A stretch of DNA of 32,000 bases from Zymomonas mobilis subsp. mobilis ATCC 10988 (GTDB taxonomy: Bacteria > Pseudomonadota > Alphaproteobacteria > Sphingomonadales > Sphingomonadaceae), in assembly GCF_000175255.2 (NCBI RefSeq), contig NC_017262.1, positions 510,001 through 542,000 of the forward strand, read 5' to 3'. Shown here in pieces: positions 1-8,380 of the stretch. Position numbers and translations under genes: made by a program. Every line of letters starts with the position of its first letter. Position 1 is the stretch's first letter. The notes beneath the pieces were generated by a model. It did not search any database, was not told the origin of the DNA, and saw only the letters and a list, made by a program, of their open reading frames with translations.

Positions 1-492
1 CATTATGGATGTCGCGATGGGTCGCCGATATAATACGGGTATCAACATGGATAGGCTGCCGCCCACCCACGCGGGTAATAATATTATCCTCTAAAACCCG
101 AAGCAGTTTAACCTGCATATCGAAAGGCATGTCGCCAATTTCGTCAAGAAAAAGCGTACCGCCATCAGCCTCTTCAAATCGTCCACAAGTCTGGCCAACA
201 GCACCCGTAAAAGCGCCTTTTTCATGGCCAAACAACTCTGATTCCAACAAGTCGCGCGGAATTGCGCCACAATTAACAGGAATGAATCTTCCTTGTGAAC
301 GCGGGCTTGATGCGTGAATAGAAGATGCAACCATCTCTTTACCGCTCCCAGATGGGCCGGTAATCAATACTGATGCAGAGGTAGGGGCAACCTGCTGAAT
401 CAGATACCGTATTTCACGCATAGCGGGGCTTTCGCCGATAAGCGCTGTATTTTCTACGACAGAAGCACTCCTGAACGAAGAAATTGAAGCCA
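1..492 (-). CDS. Sigma-54 interaction domain AAA+ transcriptional activator, N-terminal part (gene runs off the left edge)
   Basis: Minus-strand translation from the ATG at 490-492 gives [63 protein letters not shown]...[54 protein letters not shown]. It has a Walker A-like GPSGSGKE, the GAFTGA loop (~200-217) and [11 protein letters not shown] Walker B. It is absent from the ORF track because it is open at the edge. Confidence 0.93.
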
Positions 493-1371
493 TAATACGT
501 TAAAAATTAATACTTTTAAAAAATATAATATAGTTGTTCATTTCTCAAAGCCATACCCTAGTTTTATTAGCCTTTATTGTTTTTATCATTTATTTTTTAC
601 AAAAAAGGCCAAATATTATTTACAGCGCCCCACTGTAAAAAACATACATTGAAGACAATATCTATACTTAATTGTTTTGTTTTTAAATAAATACTTTAAT
701 CAGAAATATGGAAATATTGAATAAACAATTTCCAAAACATTTTACATTCGATATAATTATATTTTACTTTCATAAAGAATGTAAAACGCCATATTTAGAA
801 TGTTACTCATACCTCCCTTTTAAAAAGAACTGACCAGATCATCAGTTCCATAGGGCAATATGCAACTCGGCAAATAAATTTTGCTCTTTGACTTAATATT
901 ACAACCATTATGGATTATAGCAGGATGTAACGTACTGACAAGTATAGAAAAATTATATATATCTTTAATAGTTTAAAATAAAATTAAAAATTATATTTTA
1001 AAATCAATTTGCATTTTTTAAACATAAAGGAATGATTTTTTATAAAAAGAAATTTAAGTCCAAAGATCATCTCATTTCGACAATATAATAAAAATCAATT
1101 ATGATTTGATTTTGTTTTTAAGGAATATAAGACGGTATAAATGTTATCAATTTCTTTTTGAATAGATGATGCTTTTAAATATCTTGTTCATCTAACAAGT
1201 TAAATATCTGTTTATTATGTCGATATAGTTGTCCTAAATCCAAATTATTAAATTCTGGCTGGAAATGGAAAAATAATGGCAAATAAAGATAAATCTGCCG
1301 CCTCTTTTTCCTTGAAATCAATACAAGCATCTCATCTTACTGTGCTTCTGATTACGCTTTTGGCTTTGTGT

Positions 1372-1806
1372 CTAGGTTTTGTTGACAAAGGAAGGTAACC
1401 ACAATTTTACGGCCGCGAGATGAAGGAAGGCGAGAAAAGATTTTCTGGTTTTGTCATAGCGTGTGGCAATGCGCCTGAACTGCTTTAGCTTATTAAACAT
1501 CCGCTCAATACGATTACGATCTTTGTAGTGCTGGAGATTATAAGGAATAGGCTTTTTTCGATTGGAACGAGGCGGGATAACAGGAAGAATGCCTCGAAAA
1601 AGCAGTTTTTCGCGTAACCTATCGCTATCATATCCTTTATCAGCGAGAAAACAGTGGGGTGTTGTGACAGGGATATCTATCAAGCTATCAGCGCCAGAAT
1701 AATCAGAGACCTCACCACCGGTTAGTGCGAAAGCTAGAGGGCGGCCTTGACCATCGGAACGGGCGTGGATCTTGCTCGTAAAGCCTCCGCGACTGCGACC
1801 AAAGCC
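1372..1806 (-). CDS. IS5-family transposase, downstream part read after a -1 frameshift (catalytic C-terminal half)
   Basis: The -1 frame after the AAAAGGGGG run gives ...GTYKEGFGRSRGGFTSKIHARSDGQGRPLAFALTGGEVSDYSGADSLIDIPVTTPHCFLADKGYDSDRLREKLLFRG...NRIERMFNKLKQFRRIATRYDKTRKSFLAFLHLAAVKLWLPSFVNKT. The DKGYDSD and RNRIER...FRRIATRYDK motifs are typical of IS5/DDE transposases. The ORF track lists only 1372..1683. Confidence 0.88.
   Translation of the reverse strand, partial: GFGRSRGGFTSKIHARSDGQGRPLAFALTGGEVSDYSGADSLIDIPVTTPHCFLADKGYDSDRLREKLLFRGILPVIPPRSNRKKPIPYNLQHYKDRNRIERMFNKLKQFRRIATRYDKTRKSFLAFLHLAAVKLWLPSFVNKT
1375..1391 (+). repeat. IS terminal inverted repeat, left in window coordinates
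   Basis: GGTTTTGTTGACAAAGG. Confidence 0.9.
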
Positions 1807-2150
1807 TTCCTTATACGTCCCCCTTTTGCGCCAGCCGCTTGGCTGTGGGCGCGAATAATCGTACTATCTATCATATGTTGCCAGTCATCTGTCAGGCCAA
1901 GGTCAACGAGAGTTTCAAGAAGAGCGTCCCACACACCCTGTTCTGCCCACCTACGAAACCGAACATAGATCGAATTCCATTTCCCATAACGTTCATGCAT
2001 ATCTCGCCACGGGCAGCCTGTTCGAAGCACATAAAGCATACCATTGAGAAATAACCGATTACTTTTGGCGGGACGCGCGCAGCGGCCTCGTTCGCTTGGA
2101 AGAAGACCCTGTATTATCTCCCACTCCGCGTCCGTCAGATCTCCTCGCAT
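1734..2150 (-). CDS. IS5-family transposase, upstream ORF (DUF4096-like N-terminal domain)
   Basis: MRGDLTDAEWEIIQGLLPSERGR...LNGMLYVLRTGCPWRDMHERYGKWNSIYVRFRRWAEQGVWDALL...DSTIIRAHSQAAGAKGG. The frame leaves transposase homology just after KGG. Confidence 0.92.
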   Translation of the reverse strand: MRGDLTDAEWEIIQGLLPSERGRCARPAKSNRLFLNGMLYVLRTGCPWRDMHERYGKWNSIYVRFRRWAEQGVWDALLETLVDLGLTDDWQHMIDSTIIRAHSQAAGAKGGRIRKALVAVAEALRARSTPVPMVKAAL

Positions 2151-2206
2151 CCTATCTACCCTACAAAACTTGTTCTCAAGTTATCTCTAAAAATCTTAAA
2201 TTATAC

Positions 2207-2223
2207 CCTTTGTCAACAGAACC
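2207..2223 (-). repeat. IS terminal inverted repeat, right in window coordinates
   Basis: CCTTTGTCAACAGAACC, which is the reverse complement of the left repeat with one mismatch. Confidence 0.9.
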
Positions 2224-2228
2224 TAAGA

Positions 2229-3656
2229 ATGACGGCCATCTTTCCCATCGGCTATTATCATCCAGACGAAATTTTCCAGTATTTGGAACAGGCGCACCGC
2301 CTTACCTTCGGCTATTCGGTCATCCCTTGGGAATATCGCTACGGGATGCGAGGTGGCCTTGTCCCCGTTTTATTGGCAGCCGCTATGAAAATGGGAGATA
2401 TCATGAACACACAAAGTTTTTTATATTGGGTTTTACCCCATGCGATCACGGCTCTTTTATCATTGGGTGTTATCTGGAGCGCCTATAAATTAGGGCGATT
2501 ACATTCCTTCTTTACCGGCTGTCTTGCCATGTTTGTTGCCGCGACATGGTATGAAATCGTTCTTTTCGCTGCGCATCCGCTTAGTGAGTCACTCTCTTTC
2601 GCGGCTTTTATGCCCGCTGCCTATTATTTAATTGCAGAAGAAAAAAAGAAGAGCAGCCTGATACTCTCTGGATTTTTAATGGGATTATCAGCCTTATTAA
2701 GGTTCCAATATATCCCTTCTATTCTTTTCATTACGCTCTTTACATTAAGAATAAATGTTAGGCAGTGGGGTTATTTTATCCTTGGTGGATTAGGGGCTGT
2801 TTTTATTAGTTCGCTATCGGATATCTTTATAGGCGAATATCCTCTTTTATGGTTGTTTAAAAACATACAACAAAATTTGATCTTTCACCGTGCAGAGGAT
2901 TACGGCACCGCTCCGATATATAGCTATTTTTTTGATATTTGGACAAATTGGAAATGGCTTTCCTTGATCCTGCCTATTCCCATTTTAGTCGCAGCCTACC
3001 GCTATCCTGCTTTATTCGGAACAGCTTTAGTCAATCTTATTTTTCACATGCTTGTCTCCCATAAAGAATATCGCTTCATCTTTTTAAGCAGCGGTATTTT
3101 TATAATCCTCGCGGCTATTGGCAGTGCCATTCTGATAGAGAAAGCTACTGTCAACTTTACGCCTTTGCATAAAAAGTTAGCCCAGATAGCCGCTTTTACG
3201 ACATGGGGAGCTTGCTCTTTTCTCTGCTCTACGGGAAATATTTCTCACTGGTATCAATATCGTGGGGTCTTACAGGCTGAGATGAAAGCACGAAGCCTCT
3301 CTAATTTATGTGGCCTTACCTTATATCAGATCGATTATTGGGAAAGTGGCGGATATAGCCTGCTTCATCGTCCCATTCCCATTTACAGCCTGTTACCGTC
3401 CAACATGTATAGCACGCGCTATCCTGATCCTATTGCCTTATCACCATCGCTTTTTTCAGCTTCTAATGCCATTATCAGCGCCTCTTCTTCAGGTAAAAAT
3501 TTACCAAAAGAATATCGTCAGGTGAGCTGTTATCCACAGAAAAATGGCGAAAAGACTGAAGATATTTGTCTTTTCTTCCGGCCATCCTCTTGTTTTAAAA
3601 AAGAAACCGCTGATAATTTTGAAATTAACAAGGTTTTAAAGAATATCGACCAATAG
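2229..3656 (+). CDS. Remaining 475 aa ORF of the interrupted glycosyltransferase, lacking its N-terminal signal/TM segment
   Basis: Six-frame ORF 2229..3656. It starts at an internal Met of the reconstructed gene, 6 nt after the IS end. Confidence 0.7.
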   Translation: MTAIFPIGYYHPDEIFQYLEQAHRLTFGYSVIPWEYRYGMRGGLVPVLLAAAMKMGDIMNTQSFLYWVLPHAITALLSLGVIWSAYKLGRLHSFFTGCLAMFVAATWYEIVLFAAHPLSESLSFAAFMPAAYYLIAEEKKKSSLILSGFLMGLSALLRFQYIPSILFITLFTLRINVRQWGYFILGGLGAVFISSLSDIFIGEYPLLWLFKNIQQNLIFHRAEDYGTAPIYSYFFDIWTNWKWLSLILPIPILVAAYRYPALFGTALVNLIFHMLVSHKEYRFIFLSSGIFIILAAIGSAILIEKATVNFTPLHKKLAQIAAFTTWGACSFLCSTGNISHWYQYRGVLQAEMKARSLSNLCGLTLYQIDYWESGGYSLLHRPIPIYSLLPSNMYSTRYPDPIALSPSLFSASNAIISASSSGKNLPKEYRQVSCYPQKNGEKTEDICLFFRPSSCFKKETADNFEINKVLKNIDQ

Positions 3657-3888
3657 AGTGATCTCAATATTAGCCTGTATTTTCTTTAATAAAGCCGATA
3701 GCAAATAAATTTTAATTTTATCGACAGAAAAATAGACACATCACGAAGGTGATAATCGCTCCGTTCGCACTCTTCATTTTAGAATAATGAACTAAAGACA
3801 ATAAAAATAATCATTTTATTGATGTGCAGGAGGTTAATCATTTCTGCCTTATGATAAATGGCAGATTCTTTTCATGCGTTGACATTAT

Positions 3889-3930
3889 TATCCGGTTATC
3901 GAAAAAGGCATGTCATTCGATAACCGGATA
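3889..3930 (-). terminator. Strong perfect hairpin just downstream of the porin gene; likely terminator or mRNA-stabilising structure
   Basis: TATCCGGTTATCGAA (3889-3903) / TTCGATAACCGGATA (3916-3930), a 15 bp perfect stem with a 12 nt loop. It begins 12 nt past the porin stop codon. There is no strong U-tract. Confidence 0.6.
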
Positions 3931-3942
3931 GGCGTTATAGTA

Positions 3943-5823
3943 TTAGAATACCCAACCGCTCTTAAGGCCGAGCAAAATAATATTTTTAGAATTATAGTTG
4001 TAAGGCACAGGGCCACGAGCATAATAGCCGCCCGGATGGACAACATATTGAATATTCGGACGCAGGAAGACCGCCGGAGAAAGCTGAATATTATAGAACA
4101 GTTCTGAATAATATTCCTGATGGCGGTTCTGCGCTGACAAAGCCGGACTCTTCAAGAAGGCGTTACTCAACCAAGTCGTGCCTGAGCCGATACCAACCCA
4201 GTCATCAGGACGCTCTTTGGAAACGCCGAACAGAATGGCATAAGCAGAAACTTCAGCCGTTGATTTATTGGTGCGACCATCATTTTTCAAAGCACGGAAA
4301 GCAACCGTCAGCTGGCGATGGTTATCAAAGCGTAAAACTTGCTGTTCAGCTGTTACATAGGCACCATAACGTCCACGGACTTCAGGCCCCTGTGAAGAAT
4401 ATCCTGCTTTAGTCGCAACATCTTGATAATAACGCAAATTGTAAGACTTATCGTCAGTATACCAACCGTCAAATTTGAACAAACCTTCGAGGTTATTTTC
4501 TCTACCGAATTTCGGAGCCCATTTAACTTCACCGATATACAAACCGGCTTCAGGATGGAACGGGTTATCCATGTAGAAGTTTTCGTGGAGAACCTTACCT
4601 TGGATGTTTTTGCGATTAACGTCAAAAACACCGGCACCGATGGTGACTTCTTTTGACACCTGATAGGTCACGCGGCCTGCCCAGTTTGAAACTGGCCAGT
4701 TATACCAATAGTCACCCACAAGGTTACCGGCTTGGTTACCGCAGAAGCCCAAGCTCATGAAGGAACATCCGGTCATTGCCATACCGAATTCGTTGTTTTC
4801 GGTTAAACGACCAACCTTAATGTTAAACCGACCGATTTGCTGTTCATAAGAACCTTCGATCAAGCGCCAAATATTACCACGACCGTAAACTTCCTGCATT
4901 TCAGTCAAGGTCGTTGAATTGATAGCAGCTTCAATCTGACCACCACCACGCTTGGTCATCATAAAGTTGAATTTACCACCTTTGACGACGCCCAAACGTT
5001 CCATGTCAAAACTGGCCTGCACCAACCATTGATAAGCCGTTCTAAGAGCGTGACGATCACCACCCCGCGCGTTAAAGGCCGTTTCAACACCGCCCATAGA
5101 GGATTGGATATCAATACCCTTGTCACGCAACCATGGTTTAATCCCTAACCATGTGCCGAACATACCGCGGTCTTTCGGGTCGCGGGCTAACATTACGCTG
5201 TTATCGCCAACACCAATCCAGGCAAAAGCGTTGTGACGACCGCGCGTTGACTGAACGATACTGTCAACCAAACCTTTATTTTCAACATTCTCTTCGACAA
5301 CACCGCCCTTGCTGACAGGAAGGCGCGGATCCGTTTCCGGCTGTAACTCGCTGCTACCAACCGTCAAAGAAGCATAAGGAAATGGTGCAGGAGAAACATG
5401 CTGATGGGAAACTTCTGCCATTTGAGGCGCATCAACAGAACGACCACTCGCGTCATTATTGTCGTTATCTGACATTCGGACATCATTATCGGTAGCGTCT
5501 GCTGCTGGTATCTGCGATGCCGCCTGGCTTTCCCTGTTATTGACAGACTGGTAAGGCGTAACGGCAGAAGGTTGCGAAACAGTCTGTGATGTTTGTGCCT
5601 GTGGCTGATTAGCAACAGGTGAAGTATTAACCGTGTTATCGGTATCAGTTCGATCGTCTTGTTCGACTGATTGCTCGCTGGCGCTCTCTTTCTGTTTGTG
5701 ATGATTATTCACTTTGGCAAGCCAGTTGCCCAAAGGATCAGCCCAGGCTTCAGCAGAGGTTGTGGCAATGGACAAGGCCAAGACCCACTGCGCCACTTTC
5801 GCAATCTTAAAATTATTTTTCAT
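3943..5823 (-). CDS. OprB-family carbohydrate porin with a long low-complexity N-terminal extension
   Basis: Signal-peptide-like N-terminus MKNNFKIAKVAQWVLALSIATTSAEAWA. The barrel region includes GTWLGIKPWLRDKGIDIQSSMGGVETAFNARGG...KVGRLTENNEFG...NWAGRVTYQVSKEVTIGAGVFDVN...NPFHPEAGLYIGEVKW, and the C-terminus ends in an aromatic residue (LKSGWVF). Confidence 0.85.
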   Translation of the reverse strand: MKNNFKIAKVAQWVLALSIATTSAEAWADPLGNWLAKVNNHHKQKESASEQSVEQDDRTDTDNTVNTSPVANQPQAQTSQTVSQPSAVTPYQSVNNRESQAASQIPAADATDNDVRMSDNDNNDASGRSVDAPQMAEVSHQHVSPAPFPYASLTVGSSELQPETDPRLPVSKGGVVEENVENKGLVDSIVQSTRGRHNAFAWIGVGDNSVMLARDPKDRGMFGTWLGIKPWLRDKGIDIQSSMGGVETAFNARGGDRHALRTAYQWLVQASFDMERLGVVKGGKFNFMMTKRGGGQIEAAINSTTLTEMQEVYGRGNIWRLIEGSYEQQIGRFNIKVGRLTENNEFGMAMTGCSFMSLGFCGNQAGNLVGDYWYNWPVSNWAGRVTYQVSKEVTIGAGVFDVNRKNIQGKVLHENFYMDNPFHPEAGLYIGEVKWAPKFGRENNLEGLFKFDGWYTDDKSYNLRYYQDVATKAGYSSQGPEVRGRYGAYVTAEQQVLRFDNHRQLTVAFRALKNDGRTNKSTAEVSAYAILFGVSKERPDDWVGIGSGTTWLSNAFLKSPALSAQNRHQEYYSELFYNIQLSPAVFLRPNIQYVVHPGGYYARGPVPYNYNSKNIILLGLKSGWVF

Positions 5824-6525
5824 TTTATCCTCTCCGTAAGGATTTTTATATTTTTATATTTTTATTTTATAATATTATAATATATTTAAGAGACCTGTTC
5901 TAATGTGGTCTTTGATACAACAAAACCACTTTTACAGAATCATCTATGCCAGATTTTCAGTGTTCTTCTCTGGCCGAAAAACGGTCGTTTCACAAGCATA
6001 AGACACTAAAAATAGTCCGTTAGAAAAGGTTTGAAACAAGACGACTTTTACCCTCCATTCCCCTATACCAAAGCCCTGCTCTTTTAGCCATTGGAATTAA
6101 ATGGCTCTGTATCCGACTAAAAAGCATTTGTCAGCTATTTCTCTAGCTGTTTTATATAAGGCAATCTTGTTTAAAAATATTTAACGCCTTATCCTCTGCC
6201 ACCCAACCTTATTTTATAAAGATAACCGATAATAACCTTATTACATGGTATTTTTGCATCAAAAGGCGAATAACCGGATAAGCATTTTTAGAGGGTTATC
6301 GATTTTTATTAAAATACTCATCGGAGATAAAATTATTTTATAATAAAAAATAGATTTATCCGATTTTCAAAAACCATCCCGATGTTAAGTCTCTGTAAAT
6401 TGAATATTATTTATTCTGTTCTATAATAATACGCTCATGTATTTTTGTAATTTTTATTGCAAAAATGGCTCTTTGATTTAATAAAAAACAAGGCACAGCT
6501 CTTCATTTATGGATAATGCAGCCCC

Positions 6526-8304
6526 ATGCATATGAATTCTTCTCTTTTTAGTGATTCCCTTGTTATTTTGGGGGCAGCGGGGCTGATTATTCCGGCCTTT
6601 GCTCGCTTTCGAATATCCCCTGTTATCGGTTTCATTCTGGCCGGTGCCGTTCTAGGCCCCAAAGCCTTGGGCTCGCTTGTCACCGAATATCCATGGTTAA
6701 AACATATCACTATTTCCGATCCTGACGGTATCGAGCCTTTTGCAGATTTCGGTATCGTCCTGATGCTTTTTTCTATCGGCATTGAATTATCTTTTAAACG
6801 TCTATGGGCAATGCGTCAGGCTGTCTTTGGTCTGGGAACTGGAAAGCTCTTGGGATGTGGCTTCCTCATTGGGGCGGGCCTCTACGCTTTGGGCGAAAAT
6901 TGGGCGGGTGCCATCGGGATGGGACTGGCTCTCAGCGTATCGTCAACCGCTTTGGTGCTGCCTCTAGTAGGAACAACGGGACCAGTCGGGAAAAACGCTT
7001 TCGCTATTCTTCTTTTTGAAGATCTTGCTCTGGTGCCGATCATCTTTGCCTTGGGTGCCATGGCACCTTATGGGCAAGATAATCGCTGGGACGGATTGAT
7101 CGCAACCATTTGGCAAGGTGGTGCCACCGTTATTGCCATTCTGGTTTTGGGACGTTTTGCACTTCCTACGCTTTTCGCACAGGCTGCTAGAACCAAAAGT
7201 GCTGAAGTTTTCCTGTCTATCAGCCTATTGGTCGTTATTCTGGCGTCTGTTGCCACCAGCGCTATGGGGCTGTCGCCGATCGTTGGGGCTTTAACTGCAG
7301 GTCTTTTGATTGCTGAAACCGATTATCATGTCGAAGTCGAGATGGTCATTCTGCCTTTCCAACGACTGGCACTCGGTGTGTTTTTGCTCACCGTCGGGAT
7401 GAGCCTCGATCTTCGGCTTATCATGGCGAATTGGCAGGCCTTGGCTCTAGGCGTTGCTGGCGTTGTTCTTGTGAAAACGCTGGTAACCAGCACACTCTTG
7501 CGCTTGAGCCATGTCCGACTAGCTACAGCGGTTGAATCTGGTTTGCTGATGTCGGCGCCATCTGAAACAACCTTGGTTATTTTAGCAACGGCCAGACAAG
7601 CACAGCTTATCATGCCATCGACGGCTGCTTTTTGGGAAATTGTTACCGCGATCGGTTTAACGATTACACCTCTTCTTGCGAAAATTGGTCACAAAGTCTC
7701 GCTCAAGCTCACCTTACGCGAACATAATTTGACTTTACCCTCCAATGAGGAACCGATCGAAGATATCGAAAATCATACCATTGTTGCAGGTATCGGGCGC
7801 GTTGGGAAAGTCATTGCGGATGTGCTGACGTCAGAAAAGAAACCCTATCTTGCGATCGATTCCGATATTGATCTGGTTATCAATGCTAAAAGGGACGGCT
7901 ATCACGCTACTTTTGGTGATATCAGCAATCCGGTATTCATCCAGCAATTAGGGAACAAGATCAATGCCGTGGTGCTTGCCATTAACGACCCTGTTTCTAT
8001 GGTCAATGTGGTGCATCGACTGCATACTATCTATCCCGATTTAACGATCATTGCCCGTGCCAGCGATTCCCGTCATGCAGCACAGCTTTTTAGAGCGGGT
8101 GCGACCGATATCGTGGCTGAAACGCTCGAAAGCTCTTTGCGCTTAGCAGAAGCAACCTTGATTTCTCTTGGAGTTTCAACCGGTCATGCGGTTGCAGCTA
8201 TTCATGACAAACGCGCTTCGATGCGTGAAAATGTCCTGAAAGCGGCCGAGGAAGGCAATATGCAAGCGATCAGGCATACGCCTAGCATTATGCCTGAAGC
8301 ATAA
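6526..8304 (+). CDS. ybaL: CPA2-family cation:proton antiporter (YbaL/Kef type) with C-terminal TrkA-N domain
   Basis: LVILGAAGLIIPAFARFRISPVIGFILAGAVLGPKALG...FGIVLMLFSIGIELSFKRLWAMR...FAILLFEDLALVPIIF...LSPIVGALTAGLLIAETDYHVEVE. The C-terminal Rossmann domain reads TIVAGIGRVGKVIADVLTSEKKPYLAIDSD. Confidence 0.88.
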   Translation: MHMNSSLFSDSLVILGAAGLIIPAFARFRISPVIGFILAGAVLGPKALGSLVTEYPWLKHITISDPDGIEPFADFGIVLMLFSIGIELSFKRLWAMRQAVFGLGTGKLLGCGFLIGAGLYALGENWAGAIGMGLALSVSSTALVLPLVGTTGPVGKNAFAILLFEDLALVPIIFALGAMAPYGQDNRWDGLIATIWQGGATVIAILVLGRFALPTLFAQAARTKSAEVFLSISLLVVILASVATSAMGLSPIVGALTAGLLIAETDYHVEVEMVILPFQRLALGVFLLTVGMSLDLRLIMANWQALALGVAGVVLVKTLVTSTLLRLSHVRLATAVESGLLMSAPSETTLVILATARQAQLIMPSTAAFWEIVTAIGLTITPLLAKIGHKVSLKLTLREHNLTLPSNEEPIEDIENHTIVAGIGRVGKVIADVLTSEKKPYLAIDSDIDLVINAKRDGYHATFGDISNPVFIQQLGNKINAVVLAINDPVSMVNVVHRLHTIYPDLTIIARASDSRHAAQLFRAGATDIVAETLESSLRLAEATLISLGVSTGHAVAAIHDKRASMRENVLKAAEEGNMQAIRHTPSIMPEA

Positions 8305-8330
8305 TCTTTTTAAAAATCACTTATTCATAA

Positions 8331-8363
8331 AAAAAGCCCTGAAAAATTCAGGGCTTTTTTTTT
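8331..8363. terminator. Bidirectional Rho-independent terminator between the convergent antiporter and alaS genes
   Basis: AAAAAGCCCTGAAAAATTCAGGGCTTTTTTTTT. The stem AGCCCTGAA/TTCAGGGCT has A and T runs on either side. Confidence 0.93.
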
Positions 8364-8380
8364 CATCAATGAAACGCGTC

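Larger units (their letters stand above)
1375..2223 (-). mobile_element. Insertion sequence, IS5 family, IS427-like group, ~849 bp
   Basis: Terminal inverted repeats are GGTTTTGTTGACAAAGG (1375-1391) and CCTTTGTCAACAGAACC (2207-2223), 16/17 matching. They are flanked by a TA duplication (1373-1374 / 2224-2225). The two-part transposase lies inside. Confidence 0.92.
1276..3656 (+). pseudogene. GT22-like (PIG-B/ALG9-type) membrane glycosyltransferase gene interrupted by an IS element. The 5' part is 1276-1374 and the 3' part is 2224/2226-3656.
   Basis: The 5' fragment reads MANKDKSAASFSLKSIQASHLTVLLITLLALCL. After the IS the same frame continues (CTA)AGA ATG ACG GCC as RMTAIFPIGYYHPDEIFQYLEQAHRLTFGYSVIPWEYRYGMRGG.... 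The HPDE...E.AH motif near the first TM helix and the polytopic sequence resemble GT22 mannosyltransferases. The reconstructed protein is about 509 aa. Confidence 0.8.

Noticed and set aside
9-317. 102 aa plus-strand ORF at the left edge
   Set aside because: It is antisense to a clear sigma-54 AAA+ domain on the minus strand; its sequence has no family character.
91-330. 79 aa minus-strand ORF
   Set aside because: It is in a different frame from the sigma-54 activator that covers the same bases.
1747-2054. Plus-strand ORFs inside the IS
   Set aside because: They are antisense to the transposase and have no recognisable product.
2096-2488. 130 aa plus-strand ORF spanning the IS end and the glycosyltransferase start
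   Set aside because: It crosses the IS boundary in a frame different from the glycosyltransferase; chance ORF.
4423-4656. ORFs antisense to or out of frame with the porin gene (4353-4637, 4423-4656, 5364-5615)
   Set aside because: Shadow ORFs of a well-supported CDS.
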